A DNA stretch of 64,000 bases from Methylobacterium sp. (GTDB lineage: Bacteria; Pseudomonadota; Alphaproteobacteria; Rhizobiales; Beijerinckiaceae). The stretch is taken from positions 9,519 to 73,518 of the forward strand of contig PERO01000016.1 in NCBI GenBank assembly GCA_002928875.1, in the 5' to 3' direction. Made by a program: the position numbers and the translations under genes. The stretch's first letter is position 1. Each line of letters begins with the position of its first letter. This document shows, in pieces, positions 30,046-39,976 of this stretch. The notes under the pieces were generated by a model. The model was not told the origin of the DNA. It did no database searches and worked only from the letters and a program-made list of their open reading frames with translations.

Positions 30046-33000
30046 TCAGTGGGCTGCACGCCCAACAATATCCATTAGCTTCTCGTAGCTCGTCACGACG
30101 TCGTATTTGACGCGATCCTCCGTGACCCTCCGGCCGATCTCGTCGAAGAACTTCCGGGCACACTCGATCTTGGTGTTCTCGATCTCGCGGAGCTTCATCG
30201 AGGACATCGTGCCCTTGGTTTCGGCGACAAAATAGATGTGCTTGACGCTGCCCTCCTTGAAGGAAATCGCCCAGTCCGGGTTGTAATCGCCCACCGGCGT
30301 CGGAATAAGGAAGCCGCGAGGGAGCTTCGCATAGACCACCACTTCGCTGCTTGCATCGAGCTGATCGGCAAACCGACGCTCGATGTCCGAGTCTGTGACG
30401 ACATAATCGTACACGTGGTTCTTCAGCTTCGAGCTGGCTTTGGAGAAGTCCTGTCCGGTCTGATTGGCCGTGAAGATGTCCACGTCGTAGCGATCGGACA
30501 GGCCGTCATAGGCGAGCCGTTCGATGATCATCGTGGCCTTCTGCTCGGCGATGATGCGCGAGGCCTCAGAAATGAAATGCTCTGGATTCTCCCTGAACTG
30601 GCCAAATACGCTGGCGGCAACCCCGGTGAAGATTTCGGCCACTGTCTTTCGCGTGAGTTCGGTGTTTTCCGCGACGTTGCCGAGAAGATCGTATCTCACG
30701 AGTGAATGGACCGACCCACCGCGCTCGGTCGTTGAGCCGGTGAGCTTGAAGCCGTCGCCAGCTTTCAGCTGATCATCCGTAAGGCCGTCGCCCTGGAGTC
30801 CAGTCTGAACGGTGTACTGGAGCGGCGTGACCCGTAGCTGGCTATCAAGGGCGTTCACACATTTGCGGATAAGCTCATCGGAATCGAACTCGACGCGATA
30901 TACGGCCTTCTGGTTGATACGTGCCCAAAGCTCCCGGAACTCTTTCTTCTCGAAATTGTCATTCAACGGATTGGTCTTGGGCTTCCGGCCATCATCCACC
31001 TTCGGCAGTTGGGCGTCGCTGAATATGCTATCGACGAGTTGGAAAATCTGCTCCGCATGGGGCTTCAGCTCGTCCGGCAAGTCCGCCAAAGTCCCGGCTT
31101 CTTTGGCCTCGTGGTAGGTCTTGGAAATTTGATCCGCGTCGTCGGAGTAGTCGTTTTTCACTAGGTAGCGATAAATCTGCTTCGCCATGGCCGGCGTAAT
31201 CTCGACCGGACCACTCTCGGTTGCGATGGTCTTGCCGGTGAAATACGCCTCGGTCGCTTTCCGGGGCCGGGACGACAGCGTGTCGGCAATCTCCTTTTGC
31301 AGGCCGCCGACAAAATCCTTGTAGCTCTCGCTGGCGACGACCGTGAGCACATTGATGTCGTGAACGACAGCGGGGTGATCCATGCGGTCGCCGTGCTGGT
31401 CGACCGAAAGCCGAAGGCCGCGACCAACCTCCTGACGGCGCGAGATCGTATTGTCGCTGTGCTTGAGCATGCACATGACGAAGACATTGGGATTGTCCCA
31501 CCCTTCGCGGAGCGCCGAATGCGAGAAGATGAAGCGCGTCGGCTCGCCGAAGGATAGCAGCCGCTCCTTGTCCTTTAGGATCAGGTCGTAAGCGTCCACG
31601 TCGTCCGAATCGACCGAGCGAGCGCCAACGGTGGGATCTTTCAGCCGGTTGGTTTTCTTGTCGATCGAGAAATAGCCGTTGTGGGTCTTCGACGTTTCGA
31701 TTGCCCCGAGATGCTTACGATAGACCTCATTGTCGATCGCGAGCTCCGACAGATATTCCGCCTTGAGAAGCTCATACTCCTCCTCGAAGACGCGCGCATA
31801 TTCGCCCTTCTCGTCGGGTCGCTCGTAGTCGCGGTACTTCACCACCTCGTCGATGAAGAAGAGCGAAAGCACCTTGATGCCCTGGGCGAAGAGCTGCTTC
31901 TCCTTGTCGAGATGCGCCTTGATGGTTTCGCGGATTTGGATGCGCCGGATGTCGCGCTCGGAAACGTCCCCAGTCGCTTCGCCCGCCCGAAGCACCGCAC
32001 CGTTGGTGAATTCGACGGTGTCGTTGCGGGCATCGATCTGCGAGATTGTAAAGCCGTCGCGATACTGGTCCAGCTCGCCGGACTCAGAGAAAAGATCGTC
32101 GCGGAACTCCAGCCGCTTGAGCTGACGCTTGATCTCGCCGGACTTGAGCTTCACCTCCAGCTCGATCCGCGCCACCGGAGACTTCTTCGAGATGTCGATA
32201 CCCTCAAGGTACAGATAGGCGTTCGTGCCGGCCAGGCCGCGAGTTTGGATGCCGCGCACGGCGATCTTCTTCACCAGCTTCTGATTATAGGCATCGAGCG
32301 CGTCGAGCCGGTGGACGCGGTTGTGCTGCGTCCGGTGCGTGGCTGAATAGCGAAGGATCATCAGCGGCTTGAATTTCGGCAGCGCCTCCATGGTGGCGGC
32401 GCCTTCCATCTTCTGCGGTTCGTCGAGAATCAGGATCGGCCGGTTGCTGGCGATCACGTCGATGGGTTTGCGCGACTGGAAGTCGTCCAGCTCGTCATAG
32501 ATTCGCCGGTTGTCGGCACCCCGGGCGTTGAACGCCTGGATGTTGATCACCATGACGTTGATGCCCGCGTCGGACGAAAAGCTCTCCAGCTCGTGCAGCC
32601 GCTTAGAATTGTAGATGAAAAAGCGCGCCTTCTTGCCGTAGCTCTCAGTGAAATGGTCGGCGGTGATCTGCAGCGACTTAAAGACGCCTTCGCGGATCGC
32701 GATGCTGGGCACCATGATGATGAACTTCGACCAGCCGTAGCGTTTGTTCATCTCGAAGATGGTCTTAATGTAGCAGTAGGTCTTGCCAGTGCCCGTCTCC
32801 ATCTCAACGTCGAGGTTGAACCTGCACCCGGCACTGGAAACCAGCGCGTCGGAAACGGGCAGGTTTTGTCTCCGCTGGACCTCCTTGATGTTGGCCAGCA
32901 CCTGAAGGTCGGTGAGCGCGATGTCCGCGTTCTTGAACCCTTCTTCGAAGGCGCTCGCCTGCGCCTTCCGGCCAGGGTCGATCCGATAGGTGACACCACT

Positions 33001-33084
33001 GACCAACGGCTGCCCAGCAAAGCAATCGACGACCGATTCCACGGCATTGGTTTGATAGGGCTGGACCTTGAATTTCAGCTTCAT
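30046..33084 (-). CDS. res: Type III restriction endonuclease subunit Res
   Basis: [34 protein letters not shown]; C-terminal YNPDW...ETKG nuclease motif. Confidence 0.95.
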   Translation of the reverse strand: MKLKFKVQPYQTNAVESVVDCFAGQPLVSGVTYRIDPGRKAQASAFEEGFKNADIALTDLQVLANIKEVQRRQNLPVSDALVSSAGCRFNLDVEMETGTGKTYCYIKTIFEMNKRYGWSKFIIMVPSIAIREGVFKSLQITADHFTESYGKKARFFIYNSKRLHELESFSSDAGINVMVINIQAFNARGADNRRIYDELDDFQSRKPIDVIASNRPILILDEPQKMEGAATMEALPKFKPLMILRYSATHRTQHNRVHRLDALDAYNQKLVKKIAVRGIQTRGLAGTNAYLYLEGIDISKKSPVARIELEVKLKSGEIKRQLKRLEFRDDLFSESGELDQYRDGFTISQIDARNDTVEFTNGAVLRAGEATGDVSERDIRRIQIRETIKAHLDKEKQLFAQGIKVLSLFFIDEVVKYRDYERPDEKGEYARVFEEEYELLKAEYLSELAIDNEVYRKHLGAIETSKTHNGYFSIDKKTNRLKDPTVGARSVDSDDVDAYDLILKDKERLLSFGEPTRFIFSHSALREGWDNPNVFVMCMLKHSDNTISRRQEVGRGLRLSVDQHGDRMDHPAVVHDINVLTVVASESYKDFVGGLQKEIADTLSSRPRKATEAYFTGKTIATESGPVEITPAMAKQIYRYLVKNDYSDDADQISKTYHEAKEAGTLADLPDELKPHAEQIFQLVDSIFSDAQLPKVDDGRKPKTNPLNDNFEKKEFRELWARINQKAVYRVEFDSDELIRKCVNALDSQLRVTPLQYTVQTGLQGDGLTDDQLKAGDGFKLTGSTTERGGSVHSLVRYDLLGNVAENTELTRKTVAEIFTGVAASVFGQFRENPEHFISEASRIIAEQKATMIIERLAYDGLSDRYDVDIFTANQTGQDFSKASSKLKNHVYDYVVTDSDIERRFADQLDASSEVVVYAKLPRGFLIPTPVGDYNPDWAISFKEGSVKHIYFVAETKGTMSSMKLREIENTKIECARKFFDEIGRRVTEDRVKYDVVTSYEKLMDIVGRAAH

Positions 33085-33094
33085 GCCCGCCCCC

Positions 33095-34990
33095 TCAGAT
33101 CGACTTGACGTCGGTGCCGGGGGAGAGCTGGCGGAAGACCTGCTCGACATTGATCTTCACGGCGTCCGAGACGAACCCGTTGTCGCGGAAAACGACGCGC
33201 AGGGGCTCGCGGCCGGCGAGTTCCTTTACCAGCTCCTCGGTCACGCCCAAATCGAAGCAGGCAACCAGCGCGTTCTCGTCCACGAAGAAGACAGTCTTGC
33301 CTTGCACCGTCTCGCGACGGATCGGCAGGGTCAGGTCTACGCCCCAATCGACCAGCACTTGGAAGAGAAGGTCTTCGGGCGTGCGGTCGGGCTTGATGTT
33401 GTCGACCGCGTGGAGCAGGTCCCTCTGATCGACCTCATCCGGACGGTAATACACGTCCTGCATGTTCGACGTATCGATCTTTAGGACGCGAAAGCCGACG
33501 TCGAGACCCTCGGCGTCCACATTTTCGCTCTTGAGCTTCTGCCCAGCACGGCGGACGCGCTCCTTCGTAACTTCCGCAATGGTTGAGTATCCGCTCTTTT
33601 CGGAAGCCTCTGGAAGCTGCACAAGAATGAAGCGCCGTATATTTTTGTCTAGTTGGTTGGTTTCAAGAACGGCATGACCAGTTGTCCCGCTCCCTGCAAA
33701 GAAGTCTAGGACTATGTCTCCATTCCTTGTTGCGATTTGAATAAGCCCGCGCAACAAAGAAAGTGGCTTCGGATACTCAAGCAACTGGGAACCAAACAGG
33801 TCACGCAATTCCTTAGTTCCTTCCTGATTTAGCCCAGCCGCTAAACCATTGGACTCCCCTTCTTGCGCGCCGTCAGTTTTCGTCTGGATCCATGACGAGA
33901 TAGGATTCAACTTTTCTTCCCCCTCAAAGTATCTCGTCTTGAATCGAGGTCTGGTCATCCTTCCGTTCGGATTGTCATCGGGCCAGATAATGTTTTCGTC
34001 CTTTATTTGTTGCTCCATGGTTTTCGGCTCAAATCGCCACACCCTCTCATCCGGAGGTAAGTATTCTGTTCCGTATGTCGGGTGACGGATTGCATAATAT
34101 TGGTTCGGTCGCATTTCCTTAGTCATGCCGACCGTTAGGTCCGTGCTGCGGTATGCACTTTTTTCATCAGAGAAGGGGAAATCACTTTCTTTGCGAGCAA
34201 ACCCGTACAGCTTTACCTGACTAATATTCTTTGCAAACGCGACGACGTATTCGTGGTCTGGCGAAACTGCGGTATCGCGCATTCCAGTCGCCATTCGGCG
34301 GCGACGAACAAACGTACATACAAAGTTTTCTGCTCCGAAGATTTCATCGCAGATCTTCCGGAGATTGTGGGCCTCGTTGTCATCAATGCTGATGAAAATA
34401 ACGCCATCATCCCGGAGGAGGTTGCGAGCAAGTCGCAAGCGTGGGTACATCATGCAGAGCCAATCGGAATGGAAGCGTCCGTTCGCCTCCGTGTTGGCCA
34501 CGAGGGTATTGCCGGCTTCATCCCTTTGGTTTGAGCGCAGGAAATATTCCTCCGAGCTCTCTCTGAAGTCATCGTTATACAGAAAATCATTGCCGGTGTT
34601 ATAGGGAGGGTCGATGTAGATCATCTTGATCGATCCCAAGTACGTGTCTTGAAGAATCCTCAGAGCGTCGAGATTGTCCCCCTCGATAAACAAATTACGG
34701 CTTGCGTCGAAATCGACACTTTCCTCGCGATAAGGCCGAAGTGTCTTGGCGATCGGAGCATTCGCCGTAGCCAGCGCCTGCCGTTTGCCCGGCCAGTCCA
34801 GTCGATATCGTTCATGAGGCCCTTCCACGAGGTGATCACTTAGCTCCTGACGAAGCTGATCGAAATCCACTCTCAGCCGCACCTTCCCGCTATCGTCCGT
34901 CGCCTCGGTGACGCATCCAGGGAACAACGTGCGAATTCTGGCGATGTTGTCCTGCTGCAGGTCGGGGCTGTGCATCTTCAACTTTTCCAT
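33095..34990 (-). CDS. mod: Type III restriction-modification adenine methyltransferase Mod
   Basis: [25 protein letters not shown] (beta-class motif order). Confidence 0.95.
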   Translation of the reverse strand: MEKLKMHSPDLQQDNIARIRTLFPGCVTEATDDSGKVRLRVDFDQLRQELSDHLVEGPHERYRLDWPGKRQALATANAPIAKTLRPYREESVDFDASRNLFIEGDNLDALRILQDTYLGSIKMIYIDPPYNTGNDFLYNDDFRESSEEYFLRSNQRDEAGNTLVANTEANGRFHSDWLCMMYPRLRLARNLLRDDGVIFISIDDNEAHNLRKICDEIFGAENFVCTFVRRRRMATGMRDTAVSPDHEYVVAFAKNISQVKLYGFARKESDFPFSDEKSAYRSTDLTVGMTKEMRPNQYYAIRHPTYGTEYLPPDERVWRFEPKTMEQQIKDENIIWPDDNPNGRMTRPRFKTRYFEGEEKLNPISSWIQTKTDGAQEGESNGLAAGLNQEGTKELRDLFGSQLLEYPKPLSLLRGLIQIATRNGDIVLDFFAGSGTTGHAVLETNQLDKNIRRFILVQLPEASEKSGYSTIAEVTKERVRRAGQKLKSENVDAEGLDVGFRVLKIDTSNMQDVYYRPDEVDQRDLLHAVDNIKPDRTPEDLLFQVLVDWGVDLTLPIRRETVQGKTVFFVDENALVACFDLGVTEELVKELAGREPLRVVFRDNGFVSDAVKINVEQVFRQLSPGTDVKSI

Positions 34991-35000
34991 CCTTGTCCTC

Positions 35001-35693
35001 TTACTTTTCCGCCGCAGCACCGACGGGATCGCCCGCAGTCAGCCGCTCCAGTTCCTGCTTCGCCGCGCGCAGCTCCGCATTGATCGCCACGCGTTTGTTG
35101 AATTGCTTCTCGCGGGCAAGCCGCGCCTTGATCCGCTCTAGCTCCCGCGTCTTGGCTCGGATCGCCTCCATCCGGTCCACCCGCATCTGGATGTCCTCGC
35201 TGACTTGCGCGGACGCGGGCATCATGGCGGTGAGCAGTCGGTCATAGAGCGCCCCCAGATCGAGCGCGACCGGCAGCGGCTCACGCGGCGCATCATCCGG
35301 CGCCCAATCGGTCGCGAAATACTCGCTGATCACCCACTTCGAACCGTCCGCCTCGCTCGGGCGCTTGAACGCGGCCGTCGCCTTGCGCTTGCCGCGCCAG
35401 GTCAGCTCGAAGATCAGGGGAAATGGAATCGCCTTGTCGATAGCGCGCAGGACGGCCTCGTCGAGACGTCCGGTCTTGAGCGATATCCCGAACACCTGGA
35501 TCTCGGTCACGGCCGAGGTGGCGTCGAGATTGGTCGTCTCGGGGGCCAGCTTGAACCGCCAGAGAATCTGATCAACCTCGCGCACGAACAGATCCTTGAG
35601 CGCGGTGTTGGCGCCGGCATGCTCGTATATCTTGTTCTTCGGCACGACCCGGCCGAAGGCCGCGCTCTTGGGATAGTCGAAGAAGGCTGTCAT
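35001..35693 (-). CDS. DUF4391-like protein
   Basis: FGRVVPKNKIY, IDKAIPFP, C-terminal coiled coil EKQFNKRVAIN; sits between the SNF2 helicase and mod. Confidence 0.8.
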   Translation of the reverse strand: MTAFFDYPKSAAFGRVVPKNKIYEHAGANTALKDLFVREVDQILWRFKLAPETTNLDATSAVTEIQVFGISLKTGRLDEAVLRAIDKAIPFPLIFELTWRGKRKATAAFKRPSEADGSKWVISEYFATDWAPDDAPREPLPVALDLGALYDRLLTAMMPASAQVSEDIQMRVDRMEAIRAKTRELERIKARLAREKQFNKRVAINAELRAAKQELERLTAGDPVGAAAEK

Positions 35694-38600
35694 TCGTCGG
35701 CCCCCTCGATCACGACAAAGGCGATCAGCTCAAAGTCATTCAGCCCCGCAATGGTATGCAACAGCGCCGTGGTGCGACCACCGCTGAAGAGGCTGTCGAT
35801 ATCTTTCTCTTCCTTCACTTCGATCATCGAACGGATGGCGCTGCTCAACAGCTCGGAGTAGCGATCCATCTTCCGGCCGTCCTGCGTGCGCTCATTGAAG
35901 GCGCGACAGACTTCCTGGATCGGCTCCGGCCGGCCCTTGCAGCTTGTGCGGATGAGGTCGAGCAGGCGTTTCACCTCGGTATGGTCGGCGACGATCTCTC
36001 CGTCATTGCCGATGTAGACCAGGTAGTAGGGATGCAACCGGTTCTGCTGATTGATGTTGACACTGTCGTGGATGTTCTTGAGCGCGAAGATCGCGCCAGG
36101 CCGAAGACACAGATCGGGCTGAGCGGGGACGACGGCATGCATCCCGTTCGGCAGGTTATCAAGCTCGCCGTGCTCCTTGACGTAGTTGAGCAGGTCCATC
36201 CGAAAATCGTTCAGGCCGAGATCGGTGATCGAGATGCCGGTCTTCACGTCCTCCAGCTCGATGACCTCTTCCTGAAGGCGTCTCAGCTGGTCCTTGCGGT
36301 AGGCGATGTCGCTGCTCTTGGCGGTGAGGACGTTGTCGTCGCCGGTGGCACTCACGTCGGCAATCACCATGCGGTTCTCGACGCGCTCCTTGAGATTGAT
36401 GTACTCGTCAAGCGTGATGTCGGGCCAGTAGTTCACCAGCTGGATCTGGGTGTTCGGCGAGCCGATGCGGTCGATTCGGCCGAAGCGCTGGATGATGCGC
36501 ACCGGATTCCAGTGAATGTCATAGTTGACGAGGTAATCGCAGTCCTGAAGGTTCTGGCCTTCGGAGATGCAGTCCGTGCCGATCAGGATATCCAACTCGC
36601 CCGGTTCGTTGGGCAGGACGACCGCCTTCTCCTTGGACCGCGGCGAAAAGAGTGTGAGCACGCCCTGAAAGTCATAACTCTTTCTGAGGGTGGTTTTCGG
36701 CGCGCCGGAGCCCGTCACCTTTCCGGTCTGCAACCCCAGCTGCTGCGCGAACGGTGCCAGATTGGCGTAGAGATAATTTGCCGTGTCGGCGAAGGCCGTG
36801 AAGATCAGCACCTTCCTGTTGCCCGGATTAAGCGGTTCGCTCACCTTCTGCCCGAGCACCTGCATGAGGTGCTGGAGCTTGGCGTCATCGTCCGGGCCGA
36901 CTTTGTCCATCGAGGCGATCAGGTCCTCGATGAGCGCGAGATCGGCCTCGAGATCGTGCTTCCATGACGGCAGGTCCATATCGGCAAGGCTGATTTGCAC
37001 CTTCTTGCCAACGGTGATGTCGCCCAGCCCGGCCAGATCGTCGTCTTCGGCGTCGAGCAATTCCTCGTCCGCCAGAAAATCGCTCACGCTTTGCGTGCCG
37101 CCTGACCGCTCGAAGTCACGAATGGCGCCCAGGGCGCGCGAAATGTTCCCGCTGAGCGAACGCAGGGTGAGACGGAACGCCTCGACAGAGCTTTCGAGGC
37201 GCTTGAGCAGATTGGTGGTCATAAGCGCCTGAAGGCTGCGCTCGCGATCGGCTTGCCGCAGCTTGCCCCGGCCGCCCTCGACCTGGGTGTCGTAAATCTC
37301 CTCGTACTTCCGCAGTCGGCTCGGAAGGATGTAACTGATGGGCGCATATACCGCGAGCTTCAGCACGGATAGCTGAGTGAAGATGTCATTCAGGCCCATC
37401 ACGTCTGGACGCTGCGTAATCGGGCAGTGAAACGACAACGGCTTGCAACGCTGGGGAAACTTGCCAATGTCCTTCGTGTCATAGAAGGTCTCGATGTGCT
37501 TGCGTGACCGGGCGATCGTCACGGCATCGAGAAGCTCGAAGAAATCGAAATCCAGCGCCTTGAGGATCGAGGCCGCAGTTCGCTCGTCCGGCGGCAGTAT
37601 CGTCCAGGCGTTGAAAGCCTTCTGCGCGCGGCGGAAGATTTCCTCGATGCTGGTTTGTGCCTTCAGGTTCTGGCTGAGGGCCTCCGACTGCCCCTCATAC
37701 GCAAGCGCAAGCTGGTTGCGCAGGTCGGTGAAGCGGTTGTTCACCGGTGTCGCGGATAGCATCAGAACCTTGGTCTTCACGCCTGCGCGGATGACCTTGT
37801 TCATCAGCTTCTGGTAGCGCGTCTCCCGATCCTTGAAGACATCGTTGTTCCGGAAATTATGCGACTCGTCGATCACGACGAGGTCATAATTCCCCCAGTT
37901 CACACGGTTGAGCGGAATGCCGAAGGACTCGCCCGATGTCCGCGACAGATCGGTGTGGCAAAGGACGTCATAGTTGAACCGGTCCTTGGCGAAGATGTTA
38001 GTCGTCAGGTTGGTGTTGTAATTCCGCCAGTTGTCCGCGAGCTTTTTCGGGCAGAGCACCAGGACGGCGCGGTTGCGCAGCTCGTAATATTTGATGACCG
38101 CCAGCGCGGTGAACGTCTTACCCAGACCGACGCTGTCGGCGAGGATGCAGCCGTTATAGGTTTCGAGCTTGTTGATAATGCCGGTGGCGGCGTCCTTCTG
38201 GTAGTTGAAAAGCTTGTTCCAGACGACGCTGTCACGATACCCGGTGAGGTCGTTTGGCAGAACGTCCTCGTCGATATCCTCAAGGAAGTCCTGGAAGATG
38301 TTGTACAGCATCAAAAAGTAGATGCGCTCCGGCGAGTTCTCGTGATAGACGGACTCAATGTGGTCGCAGATCGCGGCCGTGACATCATCGAGCTTCTCCG
38401 GGTCCGACCAGATTTGGTCGAACAACTGGAGGTACATCTGAGTGTGGTTCGGGTCGTCGAACCGCGTCACGAAATTCGAGACGGCATCGCCTTTCTGGTA
38501 GCCGAGATCGACGGCCGTAAAGCCGCCGATCGGCATGTAGGCAATTCCGCCGTCATCGCTCGCCATATGCAGGAACTGCTGCATCGGAGCTTTCGTGGTG

Positions 38601-38962
38601 TTCGACCGGAACCTGGCCTTCTTGCGAATCCAGTCGGCGCATTCGCGCGCCACGGCCCTTTGCGTCAGCTTGTTGCGGAGCTGGATTTCAAACTCCGTTC
38701 CGTAAAGGCCACTCTCCCGCCGCGCTTTTGGGATGAAGAACTCTCGCCGTTCCTTGCGCAGGCGGTCCGTGACCTCCATCGGCACAAACGTCGGTGCGGT
38801 AAAAATGAACTGAAGGCTTTCGATCTTCGAAAGCTCAGACTTGAGCGCCTCGAAGGCGTAAATCGAGAAGCACGACGCAGCGATCTTCAGTCGGGCGCCA
38901 CGCCCGACTGTCGCTTTCAGATCGTCACCGAACAGCTGCGAGGTGTTATCGATGATCTTCAT
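35690..38962 (-). CDS. SNF2-related SF2 helicase with extended N-terminal domain
   Basis: LADSVGLGKT, IDESHNFRN, LSATP, SEGQNLQD, QRFGRIDR motifs. Confidence 0.93.
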   Translation of the reverse strand: MKIIDNTSQLFGDDLKATVGRGARLKIAASCFSIYAFEALKSELSKIESLQFIFTAPTFVPMEVTDRLRKERREFFIPKARRESGLYGTEFEIQLRNKLTQRAVARECADWIRKKARFRSNTTKAPMQQFLHMASDDGGIAYMPIGGFTAVDLGYQKGDAVSNFVTRFDDPNHTQMYLQLFDQIWSDPEKLDDVTAAICDHIESVYHENSPERIYFLMLYNIFQDFLEDIDEDVLPNDLTGYRDSVVWNKLFNYQKDAATGIINKLETYNGCILADSVGLGKTFTALAVIKYYELRNRAVLVLCPKKLADNWRNYNTNLTTNIFAKDRFNYDVLCHTDLSRTSGESFGIPLNRVNWGNYDLVVIDESHNFRNNDVFKDRETRYQKLMNKVIRAGVKTKVLMLSATPVNNRFTDLRNQLALAYEGQSEALSQNLKAQTSIEEIFRRAQKAFNAWTILPPDERTAASILKALDFDFFELLDAVTIARSRKHIETFYDTKDIGKFPQRCKPLSFHCPITQRPDVMGLNDIFTQLSVLKLAVYAPISYILPSRLRKYEEIYDTQVEGGRGKLRQADRERSLQALMTTNLLKRLESSVEAFRLTLRSLSGNISRALGAIRDFERSGGTQSVSDFLADEELLDAEDDDLAGLGDITVGKKVQISLADMDLPSWKHDLEADLALIEDLIASMDKVGPDDDAKLQHLMQVLGQKVSEPLNPGNRKVLIFTAFADTANYLYANLAPFAQQLGLQTGKVTGSGAPKTTLRKSYDFQGVLTLFSPRSKEKAVVLPNEPGELDILIGTDCISEGQNLQDCDYLVNYDIHWNPVRIIQRFGRIDRIGSPNTQIQLVNYWPDITLDEYINLKERVENRMVIADVSATGDDNVLTAKSSDIAYRKDQLRRLQEEVIELEDVKTGISITDLGLNDFRMDLLNYVKEHGELDNLPNGMHAVVPAQPDLCLRPGAIFALKNIHDSVNINQQNRLHPYYLVYIGNDGEIVADHTEVKRLLDLIRTSCKGRPEPIQEVCRAFNERTQDGRKMDRYSELLSSAIRSMIEVKEEKDIDSLFSGGRTTALLHTIAGLNDFELIAFVVIEGADE

Positions 38963-39803
38963 CGACACCCCGTTCATTCAGAAGCACGATTTGCTGGTCT
39001 TGCGGGCGACGAGCGGCCGGTGGCGTATCGAGACCCAATCGCCTCAGAGCATAGTAGCGCAGCGCCTTTCGAACACGAATCTGTGCGCGCCCACTTCGCA
39101 TGCCATAGTCGAGGGCGATTATCCGCTTCTGGCTTTCGGAAAGGTCTGGGTGCGGCCCTATTTCCAGTGTGACGAATTCGTTCCAGTCGGTGTCATGCTC
39201 AGCCGATACCTCGCTCGGTCGAAGTGATCTGGTCTCAATGATTCTGGACAGCAGGAAATCCTTGAACGTGCGATCGACCTCACAAAAGGCACGGGTGTGC
39301 CAGCGGTATCCGTCAAAGCCGATCGCATGCGGCGCAATCCATCGCCACCTGGGATCATCGCTAGATAGCGATTGATACTTTACTTCCACTGCCTCTTTTT
39401 GACGGATCGCGGCGACGATTGTTCGCAATGTTTCGGTGTTCACCCCCCGGGCCGGGACAGGCGGCCCGCCGTAGGGCGGAAGATGCGCTATCCAAGACTC
39501 GGATGAGTCCAAGATACCGTCGGCAACGGATCGAAGCTGGTTGAGGTATTGCTCGGCTTCAGGCTTCAGGAAAATTGGCGAGAACTGTGGACTCGCAACA
39601 TAGCGCTTAGCACTCTTGTCGTAGACGGCGTTGTGTGGCGCTCGCTCCTGATAGAGCGTCAAATCCTTCGACGCTTGAGGCACTGACACGTCGAACACAT
39701 CAATGATGTCGGAGCGGTTCACGCCCCCGTCCCAGAAGAGGCGGAACTCGATGAATTCGAGCCGGCGCTCTACGCCCCATTTCAGCGCCACAGCGGCATC
39801 CAT
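38946..39803 (-). CDS. WYL-domain transcriptional regulator (CapW/BrxR-like)
   Basis: N-terminal wHTH ERRLEFIEFRLFWDGGVNRSD..SKDL..Y; WYL region YQSLS..PHAI..GYRWHTRAFC..DFLLSRI. Confidence 0.9.
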   Translation of the reverse strand: MDAAVALKWGVERRLEFIEFRLFWDGGVNRSDIIDVFDVSVPQASKDLTLYQERAPHNAVYDKSAKRYVASPQFSPIFLKPEAEQYLNQLRSVADGILDSSESWIAHLPPYGGPPVPARGVNTETLRTIVAAIRQKEAVEVKYQSLSSDDPRWRWIAPHAIGFDGYRWHTRAFCEVDRTFKDFLLSRIIETRSLRPSEVSAEHDTDWNEFVTLEIGPHPDLSESQKRIIALDYGMRSGRAQIRVRKALRYYALRRLGLDTPPAARRPQDQQIVLLNERGVDEDHR

Positions 39804-39976
39804 CGCTCCACCTCCGTTTGCCGATACGCATAAAAGCTATATGGACATATCGACGCGACCCGTGTAATTACTATTCATATCGGGGGCATCGGTCAAGGTG
39901 GATTGCGGCGCGTCAAAGAGCGCGCCGCCTTCATCCACCAGAAGCGATGCAACGGGCTTTAGGGCGGGGGCAACCA
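39804..39976. promoter_or_regulatory. AT-rich divergent promoter region between the two defence operons
   Basis: 173-bp gap; catatcg repeated at 39846 and 39876; ccgata (39821) is inverted to tatcgg (39878). Confidence 0.5.

Noticed and set aside
33095-34990. Phase-variable mod (phasevarion)
   Set aside because: No simple-sequence repeat tract is visible and the frame is intact.
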